Virus record (IMG/VR): IMGVR_UViG_3300033076_000602 | Coordinates: 1-36,042 of that record | Length of the DNA stretch: 36,042 bases | Origin: a virus | Taxonomy: Duplodnaviria; Caudoviricetes | Direction: 5' to 3' (one strand) | Part shown: one piece after another, positions 16,242 to 24,222 of the stretch | How positions within the stretch are numbered: position 1 is the stretch's first letter | Layout of the letters: each line of letters opens with the position of its first letter | Position numbers and translations under genes: made by a program | Notes under the pieces: model-generated | What the model was told of the DNA's origin: nothing | What the model saw: the letters and a program-made list of their open reading frames with translations, nothing else | The model's database searches: none

Positions 16242-18944
16242 ATGCTCTGGATAGATTTTGAGAGCCGAAGCCGGTGCGACCTCACCGTCTACGGCGTGTA
16301 TAATTACGCCCAAGACCCAAGCACCGAAGTGCTGTGCATGTCTTATGCGTTTGACGATGAAGAGGTCAGGACGTGGACGCCGGACCAGCCGTTCCCCGCG
16401 ACCGTTGAGTTTTACAAAGGCCAGATACGCGCACACAACGCCGCGTTCGAGCGCCTGATCTTGTGGTATGTGTGCGGCACTGCACACAAACTCGAACAGT
16501 TCTATTGCACCGCAGCACAGGCGCGGGCCAACTGTCTGCCCGGCGCGCTCGAAGACGTCGGTCGCGCTGTCAGCTCGCAGATGAAGAAAGACCACCGCGG
16601 CTCACAGTTGATCCGTCAGCTCTCCATGCCGCGCGCAGACGGATCGTTCAACGAAGACCCGAAGCTGATGCGCGAGATGGTTGACTATTGCGAGCAGGAC
16701 GTTCGCACGATGCGCGCCGTCAGCAAGGCCATGCGCGACCTGAGCATCCTTGAGCTGGCCGACTACCATGCGAACGAGCGCATCAATGACAGAGGCGTGC
16801 TGATCGACCGCGAACTCGTCAGGGCCGCGCGTCGGTTTGCCAATGTCGAGATGAACGAAATCCAAGACACGGTGCGTGAGGTCACGAACGGCGAGTTGGT
16901 GTCGGTGCGTAGCCCCAAGATGCGCCAGTGGGTCTATGATCGCGTCGGGCCGCGCGCCCGTCAGCTTATGCAGAAGGACGGCAAGACCAGCATCGACAAG
17001 TCTGTGCGCGCCGGTCTTCTGGCGCTGGACGACCCCGAGGAAATCCCGCCGGACGTGATGGACGTCATTCAGTGCGCCGACGACATCTGGGCGTCGTCTG
17101 TGGCGAAGTATCAGCGGCTCGACAATTTGGCTGACGTTGAAGACAACCGCGTGCGTGGTGCGTTCGTGTTCAACGGCGGCAGCGCAACTGGCCGGGCTTG
17201 CGTCGCGGCAGATACGCTTGTTGAAACTGCGTTTGGGCTTCGGCCTATTTCTGCACTGTTTATTGGCGAGAAGGTTTTGACACATACGGGGAGATTTTGT
17301 AAAGTTACCCGTGTAGTGTATAAAGGCCGACAGACTATGTACCGCGTGCTGACCAACACAAATGCGTGGGTTGACTGCACGGCAGAGCATCGTCTGTTAA
17401 CCAATAAAGGATGGAAAAATGTCGAAGAGCTTATCCGCGATACGGGACCCGAAAGTGCGCGAGGAGGTGACGCGGGTGTTTACGTCGCCGCCGTACCCTA
17501 CAATGGTAGAAACTGGGCGGATGACAAACCAGACCCATGCAACAGTTTCTGCAATCGTGCGGGAGACTGTACCGCCGGAACAGCTACGTATCCTGAAAGT
17601 GGCGAACTACTCCAAATCGAAGACGGGCGCAAAGAACCCTATGTTTGGAGTGCGGAAACAAGTCGAAGCGATATTGAGACGTGGGTATCGTTATTTATGG
17701 CTGGGCGAGGACGTGTATGCGCCGGAGCATCGTTTAGTGTTGATGACGGCGTTGGGGCTGAAGACGTGGCCGGAGGGCTGGGAGGTGCACCACATCGACA
17801 GCAACAAGGAGAACAACAGTTTGGACAACTTAGCGATAGTCACGAAAGTTGGCCACGGATCGCTACACAAGCAAAAATTACAGAAATTGTATGCTTGGGA
17901 GAAAAGGGAGTTTGGGACATCACAGTTGAAGGAGATGCTAGCTACTGTGCTCAAGGACTAATTCACCACAATTCGTCCTACGGCGCGCAAGTGCATAACT
18001 TCACACGCAAGTGCGCCAAAGAGCCTGAGGCCGTGCGTCAGGCGATGGTGCGCGGGCATGAGATCGTGCCGAAGTACGGCAAGCGCGTGACCGACGTTCT
18101 TAAAGGTATGCTGCGCCCGTCGCTGATCCCCGAGAAAGGCAAGGTGTTTGTTGTCGCCGACTGGTCTGCGATTGAAGCGCGTTGCAACCCTTGGTTGGCG
18201 AATGACCCGTTAGCGCAGGGTTTGCTTGATGTGTTCGCAAATGGCGGCGATGTTTATGTTCGTGAAGCCGCCGGTATCTTTCGCAAGGAAGAGTCGGAGG
18301 TCACGCCTGACGAGCGCCAGATCGGCAAGGTCGCGATATTGTCGTTAGGGTACGGGGGTTCCGTTGGGGCATTTAATAACATGGCCCGCGCCTACGGCAT
18401 AACACTCGGCGAGCGTCAGGTGAGAGGCATCGTTGACGCATGGCGGCGCTCGAACATCTGGGCCGTCAATTACTGGGGCGCGCTTGAGAGCGCCTACATG
18501 CGCGCGATCCGCAACCCAAAGCGTGAGTTTAGCGCAGGGCGCGCGACATATATGCACGATGGTACGCATTTATGGTATGCCTTACCGTCGAAGCGCATCC
18601 TTTGCTATCCGTTCGCCAAGATCGAAGACGATGAAGTCACCTATGTGAAGGCGTCGTGGAAGCCTGCGGCTGATGCGAAAGAGTGGCCGCGCGCAAGGTT
18701 GTGGCGTGGCTTGTGCTCGGAGAATCTGAGCCAGAGTACAGCTAATGATTTGTTGCGTCATGCTTTGAGACAGCTTGACGATGTTGTGCTGCATGTGCAC
18801 GATGAAATTGTCGCGGAGGTCAACGAGGCCGACGCCGAAGCATACGCACAAAAACTTAAAGAGGTCATGTGTACGCCGCCCGACTGGGCAGCGGGCTTGC
18901 CATTAAATGCCGATGTTAAGATTATGAGCCGTTACGGAAAGTAA
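16242..18944 (+). CDS. Family A DNA polymerase, intein-containing precursor (900 aa, about 642 aa after splicing)
   Basis: Exonuclease motifs IDFE, AHNAAFE and YCEQD; polymerase motifs TGR-x-SS (split by the intein), ADWSAIEAR, RQIGKVAILSLGYG and LHVHDE. Confidence 0.95.
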   Translation: MLWIDFESRSRCDLTVYGVYNYAQDPSTEVLCMSYAFDDEEVRTWTPDQPFPATVEFYKGQIRAHNAAFERLILWYVCGTAHKLEQFYCTAAQARANCLPGALEDVGRAVSSQMKKDHRGSQLIRQLSMPRADGSFNEDPKLMREMVDYCEQDVRTMRAVSKAMRDLSILELADYHANERINDRGVLIDRELVRAARRFANVEMNEIQDTVREVTNGELVSVRSPKMRQWVYDRVGPRARQLMQKDGKTSIDKSVRAGLLALDDPEEIPPDVMDVIQCADDIWASSVAKYQRLDNLADVEDNRVRGAFVFNGGSATGRACVAADTLVETAFGLRPISALFIGEKVLTHTGRFCKVTRVVYKGRQTMYRVLTNTNAWVDCTAEHRLLTNKGWKNVEELIRDTGPESARGGDAGVYVAAVPYNGRNWADDKPDPCNSFCNRAGDCTAGTATYPESGELLQIEDGRKEPYVWSAETSRSDIETWVSLFMAGRGRVCAGASFSVDDGVGAEDVAGGLGGAPHRQQQGEQQFGQLSDSHESWPRIATQAKITEIVCLGEKGVWDITVEGDASYCAQGLIHHNSSYGAQVHNFTRKCAKEPEAVRQAMVRGHEIVPKYGKRVTDVLKGMLRPSLIPEKGKVFVVADWSAIEARCNPWLANDPLAQGLLDVFANGGDVYVREAAGIFRKEESEVTPDERQIGKVAILSLGYGGSVGAFNNMARAYGITLGERQVRGIVDAWRRSNIWAVNYWGALESAYMRAIRNPKREFSAGRATYMHDGTHLWYALPSKRILCYPFAKIEDDEVTYVKASWKPAADAKEWPRARLWRGLCSENLSQSTANDLLRHALRQLDDVVLHVHDEIVAEVNEADAEAYAQKLKEVMCTPPDWAAGLPLNADVKIMSRYGK
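17199..17972 (+). mobile_element. Class 1 intein (258 aa, Cys320-Asn577) in the DNA polymerase
   Basis: Block A CVAADTLV, block B CTAEHRLLT..GW, block F VWDITVEG..SY, block G HHN followed by Ser+1. Removal restores ATGRA-SSYGAQVHN. Confidence 0.95.
17419..17961 (+). CDS. HNH homing endonuclease nested in the +1 frame of the intein
   Basis: NUMOD3-like SKSKTGAKNPMFG, then GYRY...EHRLV...EVHHIDSNKENNSLDNL...H...H. SD-like AAAGGA 7 nt before the ATG. In-frame TAA upstream (17398-17400) and at 17959-17961. Confidence 0.9.
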   Translation: MSKSLSAIRDPKVREEVTRVFTSPPYPTMVETGRMTNQTHATVSAIVRETVPPEQLRILKVANYSKSKTGAKNPMFGVRKQVEAILRRGYRYLWLGEDVYAPEHRLVLMTALGLKTWPEGWEVHHIDSNKENNSLDNLAIVTKVGHGSLHKQKLQKLYAWEKREFGTSQLKEMLATVLKD

Positions 18945-18963
18945 ATTTAGGGGAGTGACTAGC

Positions 18964-19257
18964 ATGGATAGAACAGAACAAATGGCCTCTGAAATTGCCA
19001 TCAGATTGAATGGTGGCGAATGGAAAGATGGTAAGTGGTACGGTGAAGGCCACCGTAAGGCATGGATTTATGCTGTGCAACTTCACGCAGAAAAAATTGA
19101 GTATTTAATGAAGTGCCATGATGATTTAACAGATGAAATTGAGCGGCTTAGATCGGCGTTGATTGATATAGTTGAGTTGGAAAACACATCTACCGACTTT
19201 TTTAAGGCTGTAGAAATCGCGCGCGCGGCCACAGAAAACAGAGAGCCTCAGCTATGA
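18964..19257 (+). CDS. Hypothetical protein with DEIERLR coiled-coil motif
   Basis: SD GGGGAG; ATGA-coupled to the primase gene. Confidence 0.6.
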   Translation: MDRTEQMASEIAIRLNGGEWKDGKWYGEGHRKAWIYAVQLHAEKIEYLMKCHDDLTDEIERLRSALIDIVELENTSTDFFKAVEIARAATENREPQL

Positions 19258-21542
19258 ATTTTATTGAGTATTTGAAAGACATCGCGCCGGAAGGCGAGAC
19301 CATTCTGATCGTGCGTCAGAAGCCGACAGGTGGCACGCACAGCGACGGCGCGCTGAAGTGCGTTTGGCCTGCGATGTTGCCGTCAAAGTACAACCCGAAG
19401 ACCATCGGCGCATGGTACGCCAACACGGCGTGCTTCATTGTGGACCGTTTCAAGGACGGCAAGGTGTCGGCAGCGGCGACGAACTGCGAGCGCGTTGCGT
19501 TCCTCGTGCTTGACGACATCGGCACAAAGTCCAAAGTGCCACCGCTTGAGCCGACGTGGAAGATCGAAACATCACCTGACAACTTCCAGTGGGGCTACAC
19601 GTTCGGTCTTGATGACCAGCCGACCAAGGGCGAGTTCAGCGCCGCAATCTCGGCCATCGCTGAGGCGGGCTACACTGACAAAGGCGCGATCAATCCGGTT
19701 CGCAACTTCCGCATCCCCGGCAGTATCAACCTGAAGCCGGGCCGCGAGAACTTCATTGCAAAGCTCACAGAGTTCCATCCGACACGTGAGTTCAGTCTGA
19801 AACAAATCTGCGACGCGCTCGGCGTCGTGCCAGCAACTGCCGACACGGCAAACGTATCACGTCTGCATCTTGATGACGACGGCAACGACGACGTGCTGGC
19901 ATGGATGAACGCAAGAGGAGAGGTCATTGAAAAAGCGAACGCGGAAGGGTGGGTCGGCGTTGTCTGCCCGAATCATCAGGAACATTCGGATGGCAATCCG
20001 ACCGGACGCTATCACCCTGTCAACCGCGCGTATGTTTGTTTCCACTCCCACTGCGGTGACTGGAACAGCGACCGCTTCCTCGGATGGGTGGCGGATAGTG
20101 GAGGCCCGTCCCGCAAGCACGGGCTCCGCGACGATCTTCTGGCAACCCAAATGGAAAGCGCACTCTCGAAAATTAGGCCAACGGAGTCGTTTCCTGACGA
20201 GGCGGCGCGCGTCATCAGGGAAGTAGAACAGAAAGAGATGGGCCGTCTTGAGAAGAAAGACTGGTTCACCCGCTTTGCATACATTCAATCCGACGACACC
20301 TATTTCGACATGATCGAACGCCGCGAGGTGACGCGTCAGGCGTTCAACGCGCTTTACCGGCACGTCTCCTGCGTGTCGGTCCACAACCACAAGCGCCGCA
20401 TCGAGGCCGCGACGTGCTTCGACGAGAACCGTCAGGCGATGGGCGCTCACTCGCTCGTCGGCGTCACTTACGCGCCGGGCGACACTGTGCTGGTGGCACG
20501 CGACGGGCTTGTCTATGGCAACCGTTGGCGCGACGCACGGCCCGAGTATAAAGAAGGCGACGTTACGCCGTGGCTTAACCACTGCCGCGCGCTTGTGCCA
20601 GAGCCCGCCGAGCTTGAGCATATCTTCAACATGATGGCCTTCAAGGTCCAGAACCCGCGCATCAAAATCAACCACGCCGTGCTGCATGGCGGCGACGAAG
20701 GGTGCGGCAAGGACACGATGTGGGCTCCGTTCATCTGGGCTGTCTGCGGGCCTGATCTTCGCAATCGCGGTCTTGTGGACAGCGACAACATCCTGTCCTC
20801 GTTCGGCTATCATTTTGAGAGCGAAGTGCTGATCCTGAACGAATTGAAAGAGCCTGACGCCCGCGAGCGCCGCGCGCTGGCAAACCGTCTGAAGCCGATC
20901 ATCGCCGCGCCGCCGGACATGATCTCGATCAACCGCAAGGGCTTGCACCCTTACGACATGGTGAACCGCATGTTCGTTCTGGCGTTCTCGAATGATCCCG
21001 TGCCGATCTCGCTCGCGTCACAAGACCGTCGCTGGTTCTGCGTCTGGTCGTCAGCGCCGAAGATGGACAAGGCCGCAGCGGACAAGCTCTGGAACTGGTA
21101 TAAAGCGGGCGGCTACGCTGCGGTGGGTCACTGGCTCAAGACGCGTGACGTGTCGAAGTTCAACCCGTCGGCGATCCCGATGATGACAGAGTTTAAGATG
21201 AGCCTTGTCGAGAACAGCATGAGCGTTGCCGAGAGTTACATCGTCGAGGCGATCAGAGCGCGCAAGGAAGAGTTTGCGCGGGGTGTGATCGGCGCGCCGT
21301 TCCACGCGATCTGCGACCGTCTGTCGGGGATGATGCCGCAAGGCGTGAAGGTTCCACAGGCCGCGCTCTTGCACGCGCTCAAAGAGGCGGGCTGGGTCAA
21401 CATGGGCCGTCTGGCGTCGGCTGACTACCCGACAAAGAAACAAATCTGGGCCGCGCCGGATATGATCGGCTACACCAAGTCCGATCTCAGACGCATGGTC
21501 GAGATGGGGCCGCCGGAGAAAAAGCTGGTCGTGGTGAAATAA
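19254..21542 (+). CDS. Primase-helicase (RepB/AEP-like primase, Zn finger, SF3/DUF5906-like ATPase)
   Basis: LVLDD, IETSPDNFQWGY, C..H...C.H.HC, Walker A GDEGCGKDT, LILNE, FSN and DRRW. Confidence 0.88.
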   Translation: MNFIEYLKDIAPEGETILIVRQKPTGGTHSDGALKCVWPAMLPSKYNPKTIGAWYANTACFIVDRFKDGKVSAAATNCERVAFLVLDDIGTKSKVPPLEPTWKIETSPDNFQWGYTFGLDDQPTKGEFSAAISAIAEAGYTDKGAINPVRNFRIPGSINLKPGRENFIAKLTEFHPTREFSLKQICDALGVVPATADTANVSRLHLDDDGNDDVLAWMNARGEVIEKANAEGWVGVVCPNHQEHSDGNPTGRYHPVNRAYVCFHSHCGDWNSDRFLGWVADSGGPSRKHGLRDDLLATQMESALSKIRPTESFPDEAARVIREVEQKEMGRLEKKDWFTRFAYIQSDDTYFDMIERREVTRQAFNALYRHVSCVSVHNHKRRIEAATCFDENRQAMGAHSLVGVTYAPGDTVLVARDGLVYGNRWRDARPEYKEGDVTPWLNHCRALVPEPAELEHIFNMMAFKVQNPRIKINHAVLHGGDEGCGKDTMWAPFIWAVCGPDLRNRGLVDSDNILSSFGYHFESEVLILNELKEPDARERRALANRLKPIIAAPPDMISINRKGLHPYDMVNRMFVLAFSNDPVPISLASQDRRWFCVWSSAPKMDKAAADKLWNWYKAGGYAAVGHWLKTRDVSKFNPSAIPMMTEFKMSLVENSMSVAESYIVEAIRARKEEFARGVIGAPFHAICDRLSGMMPQGVKVPQAALLHALKEAGWVNMGRLASADYPTKKQIWAAPDMIGYTKSDLRRMVEMGPPEKKLVVVK

Positions 21543-21576
21543 AAAAGAGGCCGGTCGTGAGACCGGCCTTTAGTTT
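21541..21576. terminator. Bidirectional rho-independent terminator
   Basis: A6-G-AGGCCGGTC-GTGA-GACCGGCCT-TTAGTTT between convergent operons. Confidence 0.85.
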
Positions 21577-21593
21577 GCTCATTAGCAAGGAGA

Positions 21594-21656
21594 TTAAATT
21601 TCTAGCACGAAGCCGATGAGCGCTACAAGCGCCGTTGATACAATCGCCACAATCAT
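21594..21656 (-). CDS. Candidate 20-aa transmembrane microprotein
   Basis: MIVAIVSTALVALIGFVLEI*, with ATGA overlap on the preceding micro-ORF. Confidence 0.45.
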   Translation of the reverse strand: MIVAIVSTALVALIGFVLEI

Positions 21657-21724
21657 TCTGATGCCACCCACATGTAAAGACCGATCAGCCCGGCCACGCC
21701 CACCCAAATTAAAATCTCGCCCAT
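21653..21724 (-). CDS. Candidate 23-aa transmembrane microprotein
   Basis: MGEILIWVGVAGLIGLYMWVASE*, TGATG overlap with the upstream gene, SD AAGGAG. Confidence 0.55.
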   Translation of the reverse strand: MGEILIWVGVAGLIGLYMWVASE

Positions 21725-22003
21725 CACTCACTCTCCTTTTGTTGAAGGGCGGTTTCAGCCCGCTGAATGTAATCACCGATTTCATTTCGTCTTGCCACCG
21801 CAAGCGTTTCTTTCAACGCCTCCCGCAACCGATCAACTTCCGGCATCAGACGCTTGTAAACATCATCCGCTGAATGAAGCAGGACGGCATTTTCTTTCCG
21901 CAACCGCTCAATCTCGTCGGCGGCTTCATTATCAAGTGCGTCCTCTTCTCGGCGTAACCGTTCAACAATATCCATCACTCACTCCCCTTTTGTTGAAGGG
22001 CGG
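21721..22003. repeat. 32-bp direct repeat at two gene junctions
   Basis: CCATCACTCACTC(T/C)CCTTTTGTTGAAGGGCGG at 21721-21752 and 21972-22003, 31/32 identical. Confidence 0.9.
21724..21978 (-). CDS. Hypothetical protein (MDIVERLR / EAADEIERLR type)
   Basis: Typical small phage coiled-coil ORF, coupled to its neighbours. Confidence 0.7.
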   Translation of the reverse strand: MMDIVERLRREEDALDNEAADEIERLRKENAVLLHSADDVYKRLMPEVDRLREALKETLAVARRNEIGDYIQRAETALQQKESE

Positions 22004-22184
22004 AACGGGCAATCTCAATACAAGCATTTAACTCTGGGTTGTTTGATACTGGCTTAAATATTTTTATCCGCCATAACGCTTCCCGCAACCGCTCGTTCTC
22101 GACGCGCAGTCGCACAAGCTCTTGCAGCGTGATGTCGTCGGCGTAACGCTTTCGGTCAGTTTCTAACAAGTCGCTCCCTACCAT
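21975..22184 (-). CDS. Hypothetical protein (ENERLREAL type)
   Basis: 69 aa, shares the ALQQK.SE ending with the downstream gene. Confidence 0.65.
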   Translation of the reverse strand: MVGSDLLETDRKRYADDITLQELVRLRVENERLREALWRIKIFKPVSNNPELNACIEIARSALQQKGSE

Positions 22185-22441
22185 TTCATTTCCCCCTTTT
22201 CGTTACGGATCAACACGCGGTAGCGGTTGCCGTCGCGGTCTTCAATAATCTGCCAAGTGCCAGCGTCGTCGTCTTCATATCGGACAGTGTAATATAGCAT
22301 GTGCAAGTCTTTCCATTTGTGTTTGATGATTTTCATGATCCGATCCGGCAGCGGCCCCATGACGCTATAGACCGTCGTGAACAAAAGCCCGCACAGCGCC
22401 GCGTAGGTCATAACCCCTAGTGTGACTGCGATCATGTCCAC
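22178..22441 (-). CDS. Hypothetical membrane-anchored protein
   Basis: N-terminal hydrophobic helix; tightly packed in the operon. Confidence 0.55.
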   Translation of the reverse strand: MDMIAVTLGVMTYAALCGLLFTTVYSVMGPLPDRIMKIIKHKWKDLHMLYYTVRYEDDDAGTWQIIEDRDGNRYRVLIRNEKGEMKW

Positions 22442-22665
22442 GGTCCTTTCGGATCAAGCGCGCGTCGTGCGATCATGCGCGTGTTTTCGTCTCGCGTATT
22501 GAGCGCGATCCATTCAAGTGCAATGTTCAGGCGCTCGGTCTCGGCGAGCAAGGTGAGCGCCGTATAGTCGCGCAGCGCGAGCGTCGCCCTGATCCGCGCG
22601 CGTAGGATCGCGTAGTCAGGGCGACCGTCCGTGATCGCGTCCACTTCATCATGCGTGGTCGGCAT
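22432..22665 (-). CDS. Hypothetical protein
   Basis: 77 aa, overlaps both neighbours in the leftward operon. Confidence 0.55.
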   Translation of the reverse strand: MPTTHDEVDAITDGRPDYAILRARIRATLALRDYTALTLLAETERLNIALEWIALNTRDENTRMIARRALDPKGPWT

Positions 22666-22906
22666 TTAACTCTCGCAGCACTAAGGTCGCGTAGCCCACA
22701 ATATCCAAGTAGTGATCGCGCTCGAACGGATCGCCCGACAAAATACGCGCGAGCTTGACCGCGATCATGTCTAGGCTTTCGCGCATGGACGCGTTCATGT
22801 CGTCATAGGCTGGTGCGTTACGGATGATCTGCTTCAACACTTGCGCCGTTTGCGCCGTGATCGCGTAATCGCCATGTGTCTGTTCACGCTCTTTCAATAA
22901 TTGCAT
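22649..22906 (-). CDS. DUF6378-like protein
   Basis: L.ERE.THGDY...MIAVKLARI..GD...DHY.DI.GYA pattern. Confidence 0.75.
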   Translation of the reverse strand: MQLLKEREQTHGDYAITAQTAQVLKQIIRNAPAYDDMNASMRESLDMIAVKLARILSGDPFERDHYLDIVGYATLVLRELNADHA

Positions 22907-23063
22907 TATACGCTCCCGTTTGTGTGTAGTGGAAAGATAGTTTGCCGTTCACGCTTAACGCGCGCCACTTGCCATGCCAGTGCGAGCGACTGATCCAGCC
23001 TAGTGCAGCGTCGTCGCGCATGACAACGTAGGTATCAATGCCGTCCTCAATGACGCGAGTCAT
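22884..23063 (-). CDS. Hypothetical protein (59 aa, not in the ORF track)
   Basis: MTRVIEDGIDTYVVMRDDAALGWISRSHWHGKWRALSVNGK...AIIERA* fills the gap between two genes and overlaps both. Confidence 0.55.
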   Translation of the reverse strand: MTRVIEDGIDTYVVMRDDAALGWISRSHWHGKWRALSVNGKLSFHYTQTGAYNAIIERA

Positions 23064-23259
23064 AGGCCGCCCCCGATTTGATGTCGTCCAATATACGCTG
23101 CAATCCGGTGACTATCGTTTCGGTTTGCGCGCATGAAAACCAAAACTCAAGAAAACCCTCTTTAGCGACAAACTTAATGTAGACGGGTTTTCCGGTTTTC
23201 GGTTCGTTTGTATCGACACCAAACTGAATATCTGCATCGTCTTGATTAGAAAAATTCAT
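23047..23259 (-). CDS. Hypothetical protein
   Basis: 70 aa, ATGA-coupled to the upstream gene, SD AAAGGTG. Confidence 0.6.
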   Translation of the reverse strand: MNFSNQDDADIQFGVDTNEPKTGKPVYIKFVAKEGFLEFWFSCAQTETIVTGLQRILDDIKSGAAYDSRH

Positions 23260-23747
23260 ATTTCACCTTTTGCTTTCAGTTTTGCTTCATAACGCGACGC
23301 GCCATGAATGGCTGTTGTGTGATCCGACATTCCGCAGAACGTAGCGCATTGCGGCCATGAGTAACCGGCTTGGCGTAAGAGATAAAAGGCCTCTTGCCTT
23401 GCTTCCGTAAAGCGCCGCTTGCGCGACTGGCTCTTTAATTCGTCAACCGTCAGGCCATGCCGTTCGGCTACGTCCTCAAGAATGACCTTAGACTGGCGTG
23501 GTTGAATTTTGATGATCTCGATCCCTTCCTTAAAGCGCGGCAATTCAATATCCTTTTTCATTTGATCCGATGCAACCGGTTCGGCCTGATCCGATGCAAT
23601 AGGCGCTGCCTGATCCGATAGCACCTGATCCGGCCTGATCCGGTCACGCGGGATAATAGGGCGCGGTGGGGTGCGGGGATCGCCTAGCCTCTGGCGTATC
23701 GCCTTGTAGCGTTCTGATAGCGTCGCGCGCGTCGTCGATTGTGTCAT
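23256..23747 (-). CDS. Protein with DnaA C-terminal (domain IV)-like helix-turn-helix
   Basis: ILEDVAERHGLTVDELKSQSRKR...ARQEAFYLLR...S......F...DHTTAIHG matches the DnaA domain IV pattern. Start uncertain (23747 or 23774). Confidence 0.8.
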   Translation of the reverse strand: MTQSTTRATLSERYKAIRQRLGDPRTPPRPIIPRDRIRPDQVLSDQAAPIASDQAEPVASDQMKKDIELPRFKEGIEIIKIQPRQSKVILEDVAERHGLTVDELKSQSRKRRFTEARQEAFYLLRQAGYSWPQCATFCGMSDHTTAIHGASRYEAKLKAKGEI

Positions 23748-23841
23748 AGTGCCCTCTCGGTATATCGTATTCATCTATCACCAGATAACAAAGTGTTTCG
23801 TTTGGATTGTCGGGATCAATCACTGGCTCAATGGTCATCAC
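23644..23841 (-). CDS. Hypothetical protein overlapping the start of the DnaA-IV-like gene
   Basis: Fills the gap below 23828 with a natural-looking N-terminal half; about 100 nt overlap. Confidence 0.4.
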   Translation of the reverse strand: MMTIEPVIDPDNPNETLCYLVIDEYDIPRGHYDTIDDARDAIRTLQGDTPEARRSPHPTAPYYPA

Positions 23842-24013
23842 GGGGCGGAATCCTTTGCACTGGCTCTATATCGTCGATGAACATTTCCGCGTCGGTTTCT
23901 GTCCAGTTTGACCAAACGATCCCTTGCGCCTTTTCGATAGCGTCATCCTCATCGTCGGCCATGATATTAATTTCGTAAATGACGCTTGCTTTGATTGTAT
24001 ATTCATAACGCAT
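23828..24013 (-). CDS. Hypothetical acidic early protein
   Basis: 61 aa, SD GAGG, ADDEDDAIEKA motif common in small phage early proteins. Confidence 0.65.
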   Translation of the reverse strand: MRYEYTIKASVIYEINIMADDEDDAIEKAQGIVWSNWTETDAEMFIDDIEPVQRIPPRDDH

Positions 24014-24015
24014 GA

Positions 24016-24222
24016 TTAAGCCTCTTCGTTTTGTGTTATTTTGTGAACGTCATATTGGGACGCGATAACCACGCTATTGGGCCAAGCCCCTTCATATCGC
24101 CAAGCGCGCTTGGCAAAATCAGTCACATACTCGCGCGCGCGTTTTATCGCGTCCGGTACGCTATCGGCTTTTAAATGCCCTATGACGTTCCGGCCATTCA
24201 TGATGATTTTATATTCGGTCAT
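24016..24222 (-). CDS. Hypothetical early protein
   Basis: 68 aa, SD GAGGG. Confidence 0.65.
   Translation of the reverse strand: MTEYKIIMNGRNVIGHLKADSVPDAIKRAREYVTDFAKRAWRYEGAWPNSVVIASQYDVHKITQNEEA

Noticed and set aside
17411-17421. Programmed frameshift at TGGAAAAATG fusing the intein N-terminus to the HNH
   Set aside because: No canonical slippery heptamer, and independent initiation at the SD-led ATG is simpler. Not fully excluded.
17400-17965. Reading the out-of-frame HNH as a sequencing frameshift or decayed pseudogene
   Set aside because: It would need two compensating errors and would not explain a stop-free polymerase frame over 180 codons, the dedicated SD and ATG, or the intact HNH residues. 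Read mapping is still needed to close this.
19857-20948. Long antisense ORFs (also 8595-9419, 14539-15255, 16602-17390, 29623-30309, 34883-35611)
   Set aside because: Shadow frames of well-supported genes in GC-rich DNA, with no motifs or translation signals.
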